Source of the DNA: the human T2T-CHM13v2.0 reference genome, Homo sapiens
DNA: 64,000 nt
Strand: one strand, 5' to 3'
NCBI RefSeq assembly: GCF_009914755.1
Contig: NC_060932.1
Below the pieces are notes generated by a model, which had not been told where the DNA came from, searched no databases, and saw only the letters and a program-made list of their open reading frames with translations. How positions within the stretch are numbered: position 1 is the first letter of the stretch; every line of letters begins with the position of its first letter. Both the position numbers and the translations under genes were made by a program. Below are positions 53,860-64,000 of this stretch, piece by piece.

Positions 53860-54360
53860 ATGTAAAAAAGAACGGAATCCTGTGATTCAAGGCAACAAAA
53901 ACGAGCTTTAGAAAGGATGGAGAATATGGAGAATATTATGTTAAGTGAAAGAAGTCAGGCACAGAAAGACAAATACGTCATGTTAATATTCATATATGAG
54001 AATTAAAAAATATTGAGCTCCTAGAAGTGGAGAGTAGAATTGTAGTCATTAGAGACTGGGAATGGCTGAGTGGGGGGGAGACAGGGAGAAGGTGGTGTAC
54101 ACAAAGTAACTGCTGATAGCAGTCATACATTTCTATTGTTCCATAGCACTTTAGAATGAAAGTGGTTAACAATAATTTAGTGTATATTTTCAAAAAGCTA
54201 GAAGAGAGGGTTTTGAATGTTCACAGTGCAAAGAAATGATAAATGCTTGAGGTGATGGATATGTTAATTACCCTGATTTGATTATTACATATTAGATATG
54301 TGTTAAATATCACTTGTATCTCATAAATATGACAACTATGTGTAAACTAAAAATAAAAGA
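53860..54360 (+). mobile_element. L1MA4-like 3'UTR
   Basis: TTAAGTGAAAGAAGTCAGGCACAGAAAGACAAATA...GAGGTGATGGATATGTTAATTACCCTGATTTGAT. Confidence 0.85.
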
Positions 54361-54509
54361 TGAAGTTTTACAAAGTGATGAGAAAGTTGGTGGTGGATTG
54401 ATGAGAGGAATACCAGGAGAAGTAATGTAAACATTGATTTGTTAGTTTTACATATTATCTTCATAAATATTTTTTAAAATGATCTGCTGATAATCCTTTT
54501 GTAAAGCAC

Positions 54510-55100
54510 ATTTATCTATTTACCTGTTCAACAAAACCATATTTATTGCTTATTGTTTGCCAAATGTTGTGCATAGCACTGGGAGTTCCAAGACAAAACA
54601 GGTTCACTGCTTAATCTCTAAGAGTTTACAGTTTGTAAGGAGACTGGTAGACTTGCACACAGGACAATTTTAACATGTAATTTTATAAGTAGTGAGTTAC
54701 GCCTTTCACAAGAAGTACATGTTGAGAAAGAACCGTCCAGGCAGAGAAAAAATTGTGTTCAAAGACAGAAAATGAGCTAGAACTTTCCTGTTTGAAGGAA
54801 GGCCAGTTTTAACTTATTTATTTTGTTTTCACATTTGACTGTGATTTTTACAACAAAGTCCATGCCAATTTTTTTCACCACTTTTTACCTAGCACTTTTT
54901 TCAACTCCAAGTACATTTTTTCATTTATTCTTTCATCCATGCATTCAGTAAATGTAACCATTTACTATGTGCATTGTGTTGGATTCTCAGTAAAATGGAC
55001 TGAGCAAAATAAACATGATTCTTACCCACAAGGAGCTTATAGTTTAATCACTGATATATGAATGAATCAAATAGTAATCACTCGAATAAATGTACAATGA
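54510..55100 (-). mobile_element. Two L2 3' relics (about 54510-54780 and 54920-55100)
   Basis: TTCAACAAA..ATTTATTG..TGCCA; CATTCAGTAAATG..TACTATGTGC..AAGGAGCTTATAGT. Confidence 0.55.
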
Positions 55101-55520
55101 GTTTTATTTTATCAAAATCACTTTCTATTCCCAAGAAATATCTGACACTCAGTGACTTTGCCCTACCCTCTTCCAGTAGATAGGTGTCTGGGCTGCAACA
55201 AATTCTCCTGGATTGTTATTTGCTTCAAGTAGAAAGATACATTTGGAGACTCTATCATTAACAGTTCTAATTATCTGATATCATCATCTCTCAAGTGTAG
55301 ATTTTGGCAACTGTCAATCTATAGACTTATCCTCAAACAGTTTCTTGATAAAACATGAGCTAGATGGAAAGTATAGCAGAAACCCCATTTTCACCAAGGC
55401 AGGGCCTGCCCTAAGGCTAACAGCAGCTGTCCATGGGCATGAACCACTTGGCACACACATGCCCAATGACCTGAAGCTGTCTAAACCCCAGCAGGATTTT
55501 GTAGTCCATGTATATTAAAC

Positions 55521-55832
55521 AAATAGTTCTCAAAGTATAGCCCAGGGACCTCAAGGAGTCCTGAGATCCTTTCAGATTCATGAAAACATTAACACATTGT
55601 TCTTCACTCCATCTCACAATTGTATAGTGGAGCTTTCAAGAGGTTACAGAAAGTATTAGGTCATTATCATCTTGACATTTTCATTCTGATGGACAGTGGA
55701 ATGTGTGCTTGTGCATTCTTTTGTTGTGAAAATTTGTCTGCATGGCAAATATCAGCATGGCAAATATCAATAGATATAACCAAATATGCAGTGCAAAGTT
55801 GCCCTAAGCACAAAAAAATTTGGGAATTGCTG
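55521..55832 (+). mobile_element. hAT-Charlie non-autonomous element (MER119/Charlie7-like)
   Basis: GTTCTCAAAGT..GAGATCCTTTCAG...GTGGAGCTTTCAAGAGG...AAATATCAATAGATATAACC...TTTGGGAATTGCTG. Confidence 0.6.
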
Positions 55833-56329
55833 AATTAGGTTGTGGTCTTGATTCCTTTTTGAGCTCCTACTTAGAGTATTTTCAACTACAATTCACTTGG
55901 CCAGGCCTATAATCAATCTCCTATCTAGCCATTTGTGGCCATTCTTCATTACAAGGACTTATACTTGTAAACAACTGTAAGTTTCTCATATACTTAAAGG
56001 CAGCAATTGCAGTATAAGTTTTTCATACACCTAAAGGCAGCAATTGAATTCTTTCAAATAGTAGACAAAGTCAGGAACTCTTAGTTTATTAACTGTCTGT
56101 ACCATCATTGCTTAGACAACCTTTCCTATGTTATCCTTAGCTTGAATCCCTACTTTATCAAAGCATGTAGCATAGAATCTGTCAGAGAGGTGGTTCCCAG
56201 TCAAAGCTGTCAAGAATGGAAAGAAGGAAGAAAGAGAGAAAGTGAGTCTCAACCAAGCCTATGTCTTCACTCCCCTTGGAAACAGATTACTTTTATCCCT
56301 TAACTTGTGAGGTAAATTTTCAGATGCAG

Positions 56330-56828
56330 GGGACAGTATTTTGGCTATGAAAGCATGTCTTTTAGTTCGCCAACTGCAAGGAGAGTAACTGGCCAATGGC
56401 TCCAGCTAGTGGTCTTTAAAATACAAGTCTACTATGAGGCCAGATTTCCCATAGCTTCTCCCTGACAATAGCTGAGCATGGCAGGGACTAACACAGGCCC
56501 ATATCTTGGAGGCGCAGGACTCTTGTGATGGCCAACTTTGACTCAACAACTATACTCCTACTTCTACTACTAAAGACCTTGACAAATTTCCCTTAGAACT
56601 ATACTGTGCATGCTTCACTTAACCTACCTTTCTTATTGCCCCTCTTTTTTCCCTTCCTCTTTCTTTCCTTACTTCTCTCAGGGTAAAAACTATACAATAA
56701 TCTGAAAGGCTTTCCTAGTTTCTCCTGACTTCCTCCCCATTTCCTTTGATAGGTTTTGCCACTAATAAACTTGCATTTCTATAATCCCATCTTGGTGTTT
56801 ACTTTATGGAGGACTTGAACTAATGCCT
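56330..56828 (+). mobile_element. LTR16-class ERVL LTR
   Basis: 3' end AATAAACTTGCA..AATCCCATCTTGGTGT..GGAGGACTTGAACTAA. Confidence 0.65.
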
Positions 56829-57721
56829 CAGTTTCCCCCGCTGGGTTATTTCCTCTGGGGTTTGTTTCACCTCATTCAGATTCCCAACCTTTACCCAAGA
56901 GACCTTGCAGAGAAATTGGCATGCTTCTCAGCATCTCCCACATCTTCTTAAACTGAGACCTACCAATGTTGTATATGCACAAGTGTTTACACTCACTGTG
57001 ACCCCTTACTAAATCTCTTTTGAAACAAATTTAATTTTTAAACATGAAAGGAGGACAGAAAAATAGAACCTGGAGCTCACTATTCTTCTTTACATCATCG
57101 ACAGAATAATTTCCCTGAATCACATTCCCAGGCCACTAAATATTGAAATGCTTTTAGAAAACTGCCTTCCAAACTCACTCCTTAAACAGCCTTTTACCTC
57201 TGGATGTTTCTTTTTTCTTTTTTACCAGGTTAATCCTTCAATAGTGGTATTATTGTTATCAACTTTACCATAGACAGGCAGCCCAAGCTATCCCCTTGGC
57301 CAGGTTTAACAATGATGCAAGCATATGCCCACCTGCTTATGCCAAAAAATGTGTAAAAGAAAGAGAGGGGAGACATGGGCTTTATACTTCTATTCCTTTC
57401 AAAGTGAAGTCATTTGCATGTTGGATATTTTTCCTATTTTAATGGGGTTTCTCTTTCTCTTTCTCAGGCGCATTGTAAGGCAGGCAGAAACTGCATGGCT
57501 AAGAGAAAAAGCAACAAAAGTTCCTATTCTGGATCTTTGTGTTGCTCCAAATTACTTATTGTCATTTAATTATAAAATAAACACCTATGAGACTTCAAAT
57601 AGCTAAAAATAGTTGAGAAGATCAGTGTTACCTCAATATTTATGGTACATTTTAGGTAAGTTAAAAATGTAAAAGAAAAATATCTGAGTCAGGTCAACTG
57701 TTCCAATTACACCCACTCATC

Positions 57722-57745
57722 TACACACAGACACACACACACACA
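57722..57745. repeat. (CA)n
   Basis: Seen directly. Confidence 0.85.
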
Positions 57746-58539
57746 AGCTCACTCAGAATGGAAGGAAAATCCTGATACTAGATTTTCTGATGACAACTTC
57801 AGTAAGTCTGCAAGGGTCCTCCCCTTCCTCCCTGGAATCTTAGGCATTTATTCTTACTCTCATTTATTCATTTTATTTGCAAAGTCCACTGGGGCAAAAA
57901 GACCTGGCGTTGCAGCCCATCATTTCTGAACAGACTTGATTTAGATGTTTTCAAGGTCACATGTGTTCCTTCAGGTTTCCACTGCAGTCTGATATTAACC
58001 ATCTGGGTTGTATGGAAAAGGCATCAGCAAATACATTTTTTTTTCTAATGAAAAGTATCCCAAAGTAGGTCACTCGTTAAAATATCTTCAATGAAAAAGA
58101 ATCCAAAAATGGGGCTGGGGCTAAGAAACTGCTGAAGAGAATTGCAGTAATTCACATGTATGAGAAATATACGTTTAATTATTCCATTGAGCTATCCACA
58201 TTTTTAATTTAGTTCACTAACACAACATAGCTATCATTTGCCCTGGTTCCTTCTTCTTATTCCTGTCTTTATAATTTAAAACCCTGAATCTGATTCTCTC
58301 CATTATACATGTAAATGGAAATGTATTAAGAATGTAATAGTGTTGCTGATCTTAGCCAACATGAAAAATCCTATGATAGAAAATGACCTTTTTCTATCAT
58401 GTTTCGCCCCTTATTGAGATAACTACTATAGGTACTTGGATCTGTCTGAAACAACTAGACACGTTAGAGGCAGTAAATTTCTAATGTATCTATCCTCCGT
58501 GAAGATAAGACTGAGCACCATCTAATGGTCTGTCTGTTC

Positions 58540-58800
58540 CTACTCAGCCTTCAAGATGCATCTCAGCCCCATCCTCTTGGAAACATTCCTCAACAACCTT
58601 TGGCCACATTAGTTGCTTTTTGGTCTTCCACAAGACTTCATTCAAACTTCTGTTATAACATTTTCTTATTAAATGGCAATTTCTCTGTTTCTACATCTGT
58701 CTTCTTGATTAGATTGTAAAATATTACACCGTTAGGTGATATCTTAACCATCTCTGCATTTTTCCCAGCACCTATCCTATATTGAGTTAATCAAATGAAC
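58540..58800 (+). mobile_element. L2 3' relic
   Basis: CCTTCAAG..TAGATTGTAA..CATCTCTGCATTTTTCCCAGCACCTA. Confidence 0.55.
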
Positions 58801-58830
58801 AACTGCCCCCAACCACTCAACACTAAGTGG

Positions 58831-59660
58831 TAATTGAAATCAGGACCTTGAGATATTAGCACTCCTACATTCACTGCAGCATTATTCACAATAGCCAAAA
58901 TGTGGAAACAACCTAAATATCCATGGTGAAATAAAATATGTGATATTTATATATATATAATTTATACATATATAATTTATATATGATATATATAATTTGT
59001 ATGTAAATTATATATAAATATGTAAATTTTATATAATTTTTATATAAATTTATAAAAATTATATAAATTTTATATAAATATATATTTATATAATATATAA
59101 ATCATAAATATGATATATTTATATAATATATAAATCATAAATATGATATATTTATATAATATATAAATCATAAATATGATATATTTATATAATATATAAA
59201 TCATAAATATGATATATTTATATAATATATAAATCATAAATATGATATATTTATATTTAATAAAGATGATATATTTATATAAAGATGATATATTTATATT
59301 TATATAAAGATATATTTATATTTATATAAAGATGATATATTTATATTTATATAAAGATGATATATTTATATTTATATAAAGATGACATATTTATATTTAT
59401 ATAAAGATGACATATTCATATTTATATAAAGATGACATATTTATATTTATATAAAGATGACATATTTATATTTATATAAAGATGATATATTTATATTTAT
59501 ATAAAGATGATATATTTATATTTATATAAAGATGATATTTTTGTATAACACATATTTTATTTCACCATGGATATTTAGGTTGTTTCCACATTTTGGCTAT
59601 TGTGAATAATGCTGCAGTGAATGTAGGAGTGCTAATATCTCAAGGTCCTGATTTCAATTA
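58831..59660. repeat. Perfect 112-bp inverted repeat (58831-58942 / 59549-59660) around an AT-rich spacer
   Basis: Checked block by block: the arms are exact reverse complements (112/112). Confidence 0.97.
58943..59548. repeat. AT-rich compound minisatellite: five 33-bp units, then about twelve 25-bp units
   Basis: 33-mer AAATCATAAATATGATATATTTATATAATATAT with ATC at 59101/59134/59167/59200/59233; 25-mer AAAGATGAYATATTTATATTTATAT with GAT every 25 bp from 59331 to 59531, plus three irregular earlier units. Confidence 0.95.
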
Positions 59661-60604
59661 TTTTGGAAATACATATAAAAGTGGAATTGCTGGATGATAC
59701 ATTAGTTATATTTTTAATTTTTTGAGAAACCTCTTACTCTTTTTGACTGTGGCTGTACAATTTTGCGTTTCCACCAATAGTATACCAAGTTCCAATTTCT
59801 CCTCCTCCTCACGAACACTTCCTGTCTTCTGTTTTTCTTTTATAATGCCATCTAAACAGGTATAAGATCATATCTCATTGTGATTTGATTTGCATTTCTC
59901 TGATAATTAGTGATGTTGAGCACCCTTTCACGTAACTGGTGGTTATTTGTATTTCTTCTTTGGAGAAAAGTATACCTATGTCTTTAGCCATTTTTTATTT
60001 TTATTTTTATTTTTATTTTTTGACAGAGTCTCCCTCTGTCACCCAGGCTTCCAGGCTGGAGTGCAGTGGCGCAATCTTGGCTCTCAGCTCTCGGCTCACG
60101 GCTCACTACAACCTACGCCTCCCGGGTTCAAGTGATTCTCCTGCCTCAGCCTCCTGAATAGCTGGGATTACAGGCATGTGCAACCATATCTGGCTAATTT
60201 TTGTATTTTTAGTAGAGACGGGGTTTCACCATGTTGGTCAGGCTGGTCTCAAACTTCTGACCTCATGATCTGCCTGCCTCGCCTCCCAAAGTGCTGGGAT
60301 TACAGGCGTGAGCCACCGCGCCTGGCAGTGTTTAGCTCATTTTTTAAAAATCAGGTTATTAGGTTTTTTGCTGTTGAGTTGTAGTAATCCATTATATATT
60401 TTACAAATTAAACTTTTATCACATGCATGGTTTGCAAATATTTTCTCCCATTCCATAGATTGTCTTTTTACTCTACTGACTTGTCTATTTGTTGTACAGA
60501 AGCCTTTTAGTTTGATGTAGTCTCACTTGTTTATTTTTGCTTTTGTTGCCTGTGCTTTGGTTGACATATTGCTGAAATACTTGCCAAACCAATATCTTGA
60601 AGCT
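59549..60604 (-). mobile_element. L1MA/MB-class ORF2 3' part; 3'UTR missing
   Basis: TTTAGGTTGTTTCCACATTTTGGCTATTGTGAATAATGCTGCAG...GATTTGCATTTCTCTGATAATTAGTGATGTTGAGCA...TTTGCAAATATTTTCTCCCATTC. Confidence 0.88.
59996..60327 (-). mobile_element. AluS (Sg/Sx-like)
   Basis: Alu dimer; degenerate TSD GTCTTTAGCCATTTTT / GTGTTTAGCTCATTTTT. Confidence 0.93.
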
Positions 60605-60728
60605 TGGATATCATATGCAAATTAATGATACCGGATTCTTATCACATACTATATACAAAATTCAACTCAAAAAATGTTTAAAGATATAAATATGAAACAC
60701 GAAACTGTAAAACTCCTAGAAGATAACC
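60605..60728 (+). mobile_element. Inverted 5' segment of the adjacent L1 (twin-priming type)
   Basis: TGGATATCATATGCAAA...ATATACAAAATTCAACTCAAAA...GAAACTGTAAAACTCCTAGAAGA is the ORF2 stretch directly upstream of where the minus segment stops. Confidence 0.75.
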
Positions 60729-61964
60729 TGCTTCCTTGAACAGTAGAAACATATTTCTTGAACTTGCCCTAGAAGAATTACCTAAAGCATTTATGCATTG
60801 CTGTGAACAAAATTAGGTATTACTTTTGGTGATATCTGAACAAAAACAAACATGGCTCTTTGATAACAAAGATTTCAAGCACCAAGTTCACTAGGATCTG
60901 ACTTAATATATAAAGGAAATAGTCTACAGGTGATGACTTTGTGAATCTGATACAGTAATCAGTGGATAAAGCATCACCCTTACCCTAGATTAAATATCGG
61001 CCTACTTTATCTGATTCTCAGTGTAAATAAAGTAATATCAAGTCCAAAGATGAGAAAATGAAAATTATGCCTTCTAATTAGGTATAATATATCTTTGCAT
61101 TTGGATAACTGCTTATTACAAGTTTTGTGAATGATGATAAACAATAGAAAATGGAAAAAGCAAAAATGGATGTAAGCCTATTTTAAGCAAACCTGATCTA
61201 AAATTCTTTCAAATGCACCCCATACTCCCCCTCAAAATATGTAAGGTGATTGTTGACTTTACAAGCAGATTCATGTATGAATAGCAGGGCATCAGGCTTA
61301 TTTAAATGTTTTGATTTGTAACACTAATAATACATAATTTGCTCAAAAGCACTTTCATTAGGGAAAAGGAAAATCGTGGGCATGCACATCATAAAGTGCT
61401 ATAAAACTAGTCCTTAATGTACATTTTGTCAACATTTTAAATTTATTCTGAACTGGAAATTTCTTTAGAACAATAAACTGGATAAGTACAGTGACTTTTA
61501 TTCTTTCTTTTCTTTCTCTTTTACATTTCAATATTTAAATTTTTTATTTCTATTTTAATATTATATAACATTTTACAATAGACCTTAGCTTAAGTTCTGA
61601 AATAAGCACAGGAATGTACAAAATTAAATTATGAATATCAAAAGAAAGAGGCCAGACCTGAAGAAAGTCACACCTAACACTGAAGAGGCAAAGCAAAGTT
61701 TGTCCCAACTATCTAAGTGTACAAATAACTATACTCTCTGGCTTCATGGAAGAGGGTCCTTTCTTGCATTGCTAGATTACAGAAGTAATACTACCAAGTG
61801 ACTGCCTCTCCCCATCGCACAACTGAAGACTATGTCAAGTTCGTGAAAAGGAAGAGGTCTGGAGTTGAGTTTAAAGGAAGGTAGCACATATGTCCAGTAT
61901 CTTTTTCCCGTGTATAACTAGTTCAGTAAATTGGGTTATGTATCTTTATAGCCATACATAATTA

Positions 61965-62670
61965 TTGCATTTCATTGATTTCAAGATGCACAGGTTTTTA
62001 GAAACCACCTCTGAAATCAAGAGTTCATTCCACAATCTATGGTATCTTATAACTCTGTCTGCATGGTAGCACTGCTGGTGCAATTGTAAATTGCTTGTCC
62101 ATGTATGAATCTTGTGTTTTTTCTTGGAGCCATTCTTAAAGCTCCTCAACATTTCAGCCTTTCAAACATTTGAAGGCATTTGGTGAGGGAATGTGCATGT
62201 ATATATATCCAGGCAATTGCCTGGAAACTTACTATTAACACCTTCTGGTAAGCACTAACATCAAAACTTATAAAATAGGTGTCAGCTGTTTGGAAAAATA
62301 TTCCCTGGGACAATAATTAACATTCCTGGGACAATAGTGAACATAACACATTAATTTAGAGCACAGAGTGTGAAAACGTACAGGAAAATAGACAGGAATG
62401 ACTCTGATTAAAAAGGACAATGACTATGAACAAGTTTTAGGAATTCTTTATCCAAATTAGGTCTCTTACATCGTCCTTCAGGGTTTCCAAACAATGCTAT
62501 ATAATTTTTAAGATGATTTTTAAACTGGCTATTGTATTTTCAGTAAAAGGAATAACAGTGTTAAGTAACAGGAAAATAATATACTGGTTAACTGACAGCA
62601 TTTTTTGTTTCTTAGTTGCTTATTAAATAGTGTATTGGATAATTTTTTATCATCCAGATAATATCCAGAC
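61965..62670 (+). mobile_element. Second Kanga/MER104-like Tc2 element
   Basis: ATTTCATTGATTTCAAGATGCAC..CTCTGAAATC terminus; shares GACAGCATTTTTT near its 3' end with the copy at 14950-15643. Confidence 0.6.
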
Positions 62671-63750
62671 AAAGATTCTCTACAAACACTATGCTACACA
62701 AAAAGAAGGGCCATAGAATTGTATACACCATTTAAAGATTGATAGACTGAGGGAAAAGACAACACCGTGGGGCTCATTAAAAGATTCTGTAGCACAAGAA
62801 AAACGGAATAATGTTCTGAAGATGCATAGGAATGGCATAATAGTGACAATAATTTAGTACAGAAAGCAGATAAAATTCTCAGAAATCATCTTTTTTTGTG
62901 GTTTCAGTACAATTAAAACAGAAACCACAGAAATAAGAACTGAGACGTGTGATGGGAATCTTAAATGGCAGTATAACTTAAAATGGAAAGAGACCAAGCT
63001 GACTAAGGAAAGTTTGTGAGGAAACTATGATAATAGAATTAAAATCTGCCTGCAAGCACTGCAGAAAATCTAACCAGTGATGTAAAAATATGAATAAAAA
63101 CCTAGAGAAATGACTCCAGGATTCAAAAAACTGGAAGTTATTTTCTCTCATTCTCTCCAGTGCCATATTTCTGGCCACATTCCATTTCAGAGTTTAATGC
63201 TGCCTGTGCTTTAAGTAGTAATGAATTTAACAACTTCTCCCTGTGGACGAATAACAATTCAGAAAGGCAATGTCTTGGGAAGTCTACACTGATGAACAGA
63301 AACTACACATAAACCATAACTAATTGTTATGGAAACTTTGGTCAAGGGGAAGTGGGACTTAGGAATGGAAATGTAGAATGAGTCTGCTAGGCAGAATCTA
63401 GGTCCTGGCATCAATGCATAAAATAAACCACTTCTACATCCACACTTTTGGTTACCTGAGCCAATTATTTGCTCCTTCTCTTCAGTCAGTTAGGTATATA
63501 TATTTTTTTCTGTCTTAGAGGTACCATTTCTAAATAAACTAAATAAATGCACCAAAACAAGTCCATTAAATTTAATCAGGTGTTGAAAGATGGTTACAGA
63601 TTATCATTTGAAGAATGGTTAAACCCAAGTCGAAAAGAATGTCAGTTCCCATTATATGTATTTAATACTGAGTTTAAAAAATGAACACAATTTCATTTAA
63701 AATGCATAAATCTGAAAGGTGAATAACTTGAGAAAATGAAACCTTACTAA

Positions 63751-64000
<250 letters not shown>

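Noticed and set aside
59085-59540. Regular repeats as a CRISPR-like array
   Set aside because: The units are head-to-tail with no unique spacers, in primate DNA. This is a minisatellite.
58831-59660. Inverted repeat as the TIRs of a novel MITE
   Set aside because: There is no TSD, and the right arm continues seamlessly into L1 sequence.

Overview
AT-rich primate (human-like) genomic DNA, intergenic or deep intronic. I find no protein-coding exon, RNA gene or CpG island. Most of the window is interspersed repeat: LINE-1 of many ages (L1PA2/3 to L1ME), three Alus and a FLAM-like monomer, MIR/L2 relics, and LTRs (a MER11 solo LTR with a perfect 6-bp TSD, MST, THE1, MLT1, LTR33, LTR16). DNA transposon fossils include a near full-length Tigger2 split by L1MA, a Charlie3 fragment, MER1A, MER107, Tigger3a and two Kanga/Tc2-like copies. 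The ORFs I could recognise are transposon relics and the rest look like chance ORFs. I see no new gene system. The unusual signals are structural: (1) a 112/112-bp perfect inverted repeat made of old L1 sequence, enclosing a 606-bp AT-rich double VNTR (58831-59660); (2) a ~230-bp local inverted duplication (15660-15889 vs 19594-19829) next to a TIR-less Charlie3 fragment; (3) several templated or fold-back insertions at deletion junctions (24802, 28040, 47953). Subfamily names come from remembered consensus sequences, boundaries of old elements are approximate, and both need RepeatMasker/Dfam confirmation.
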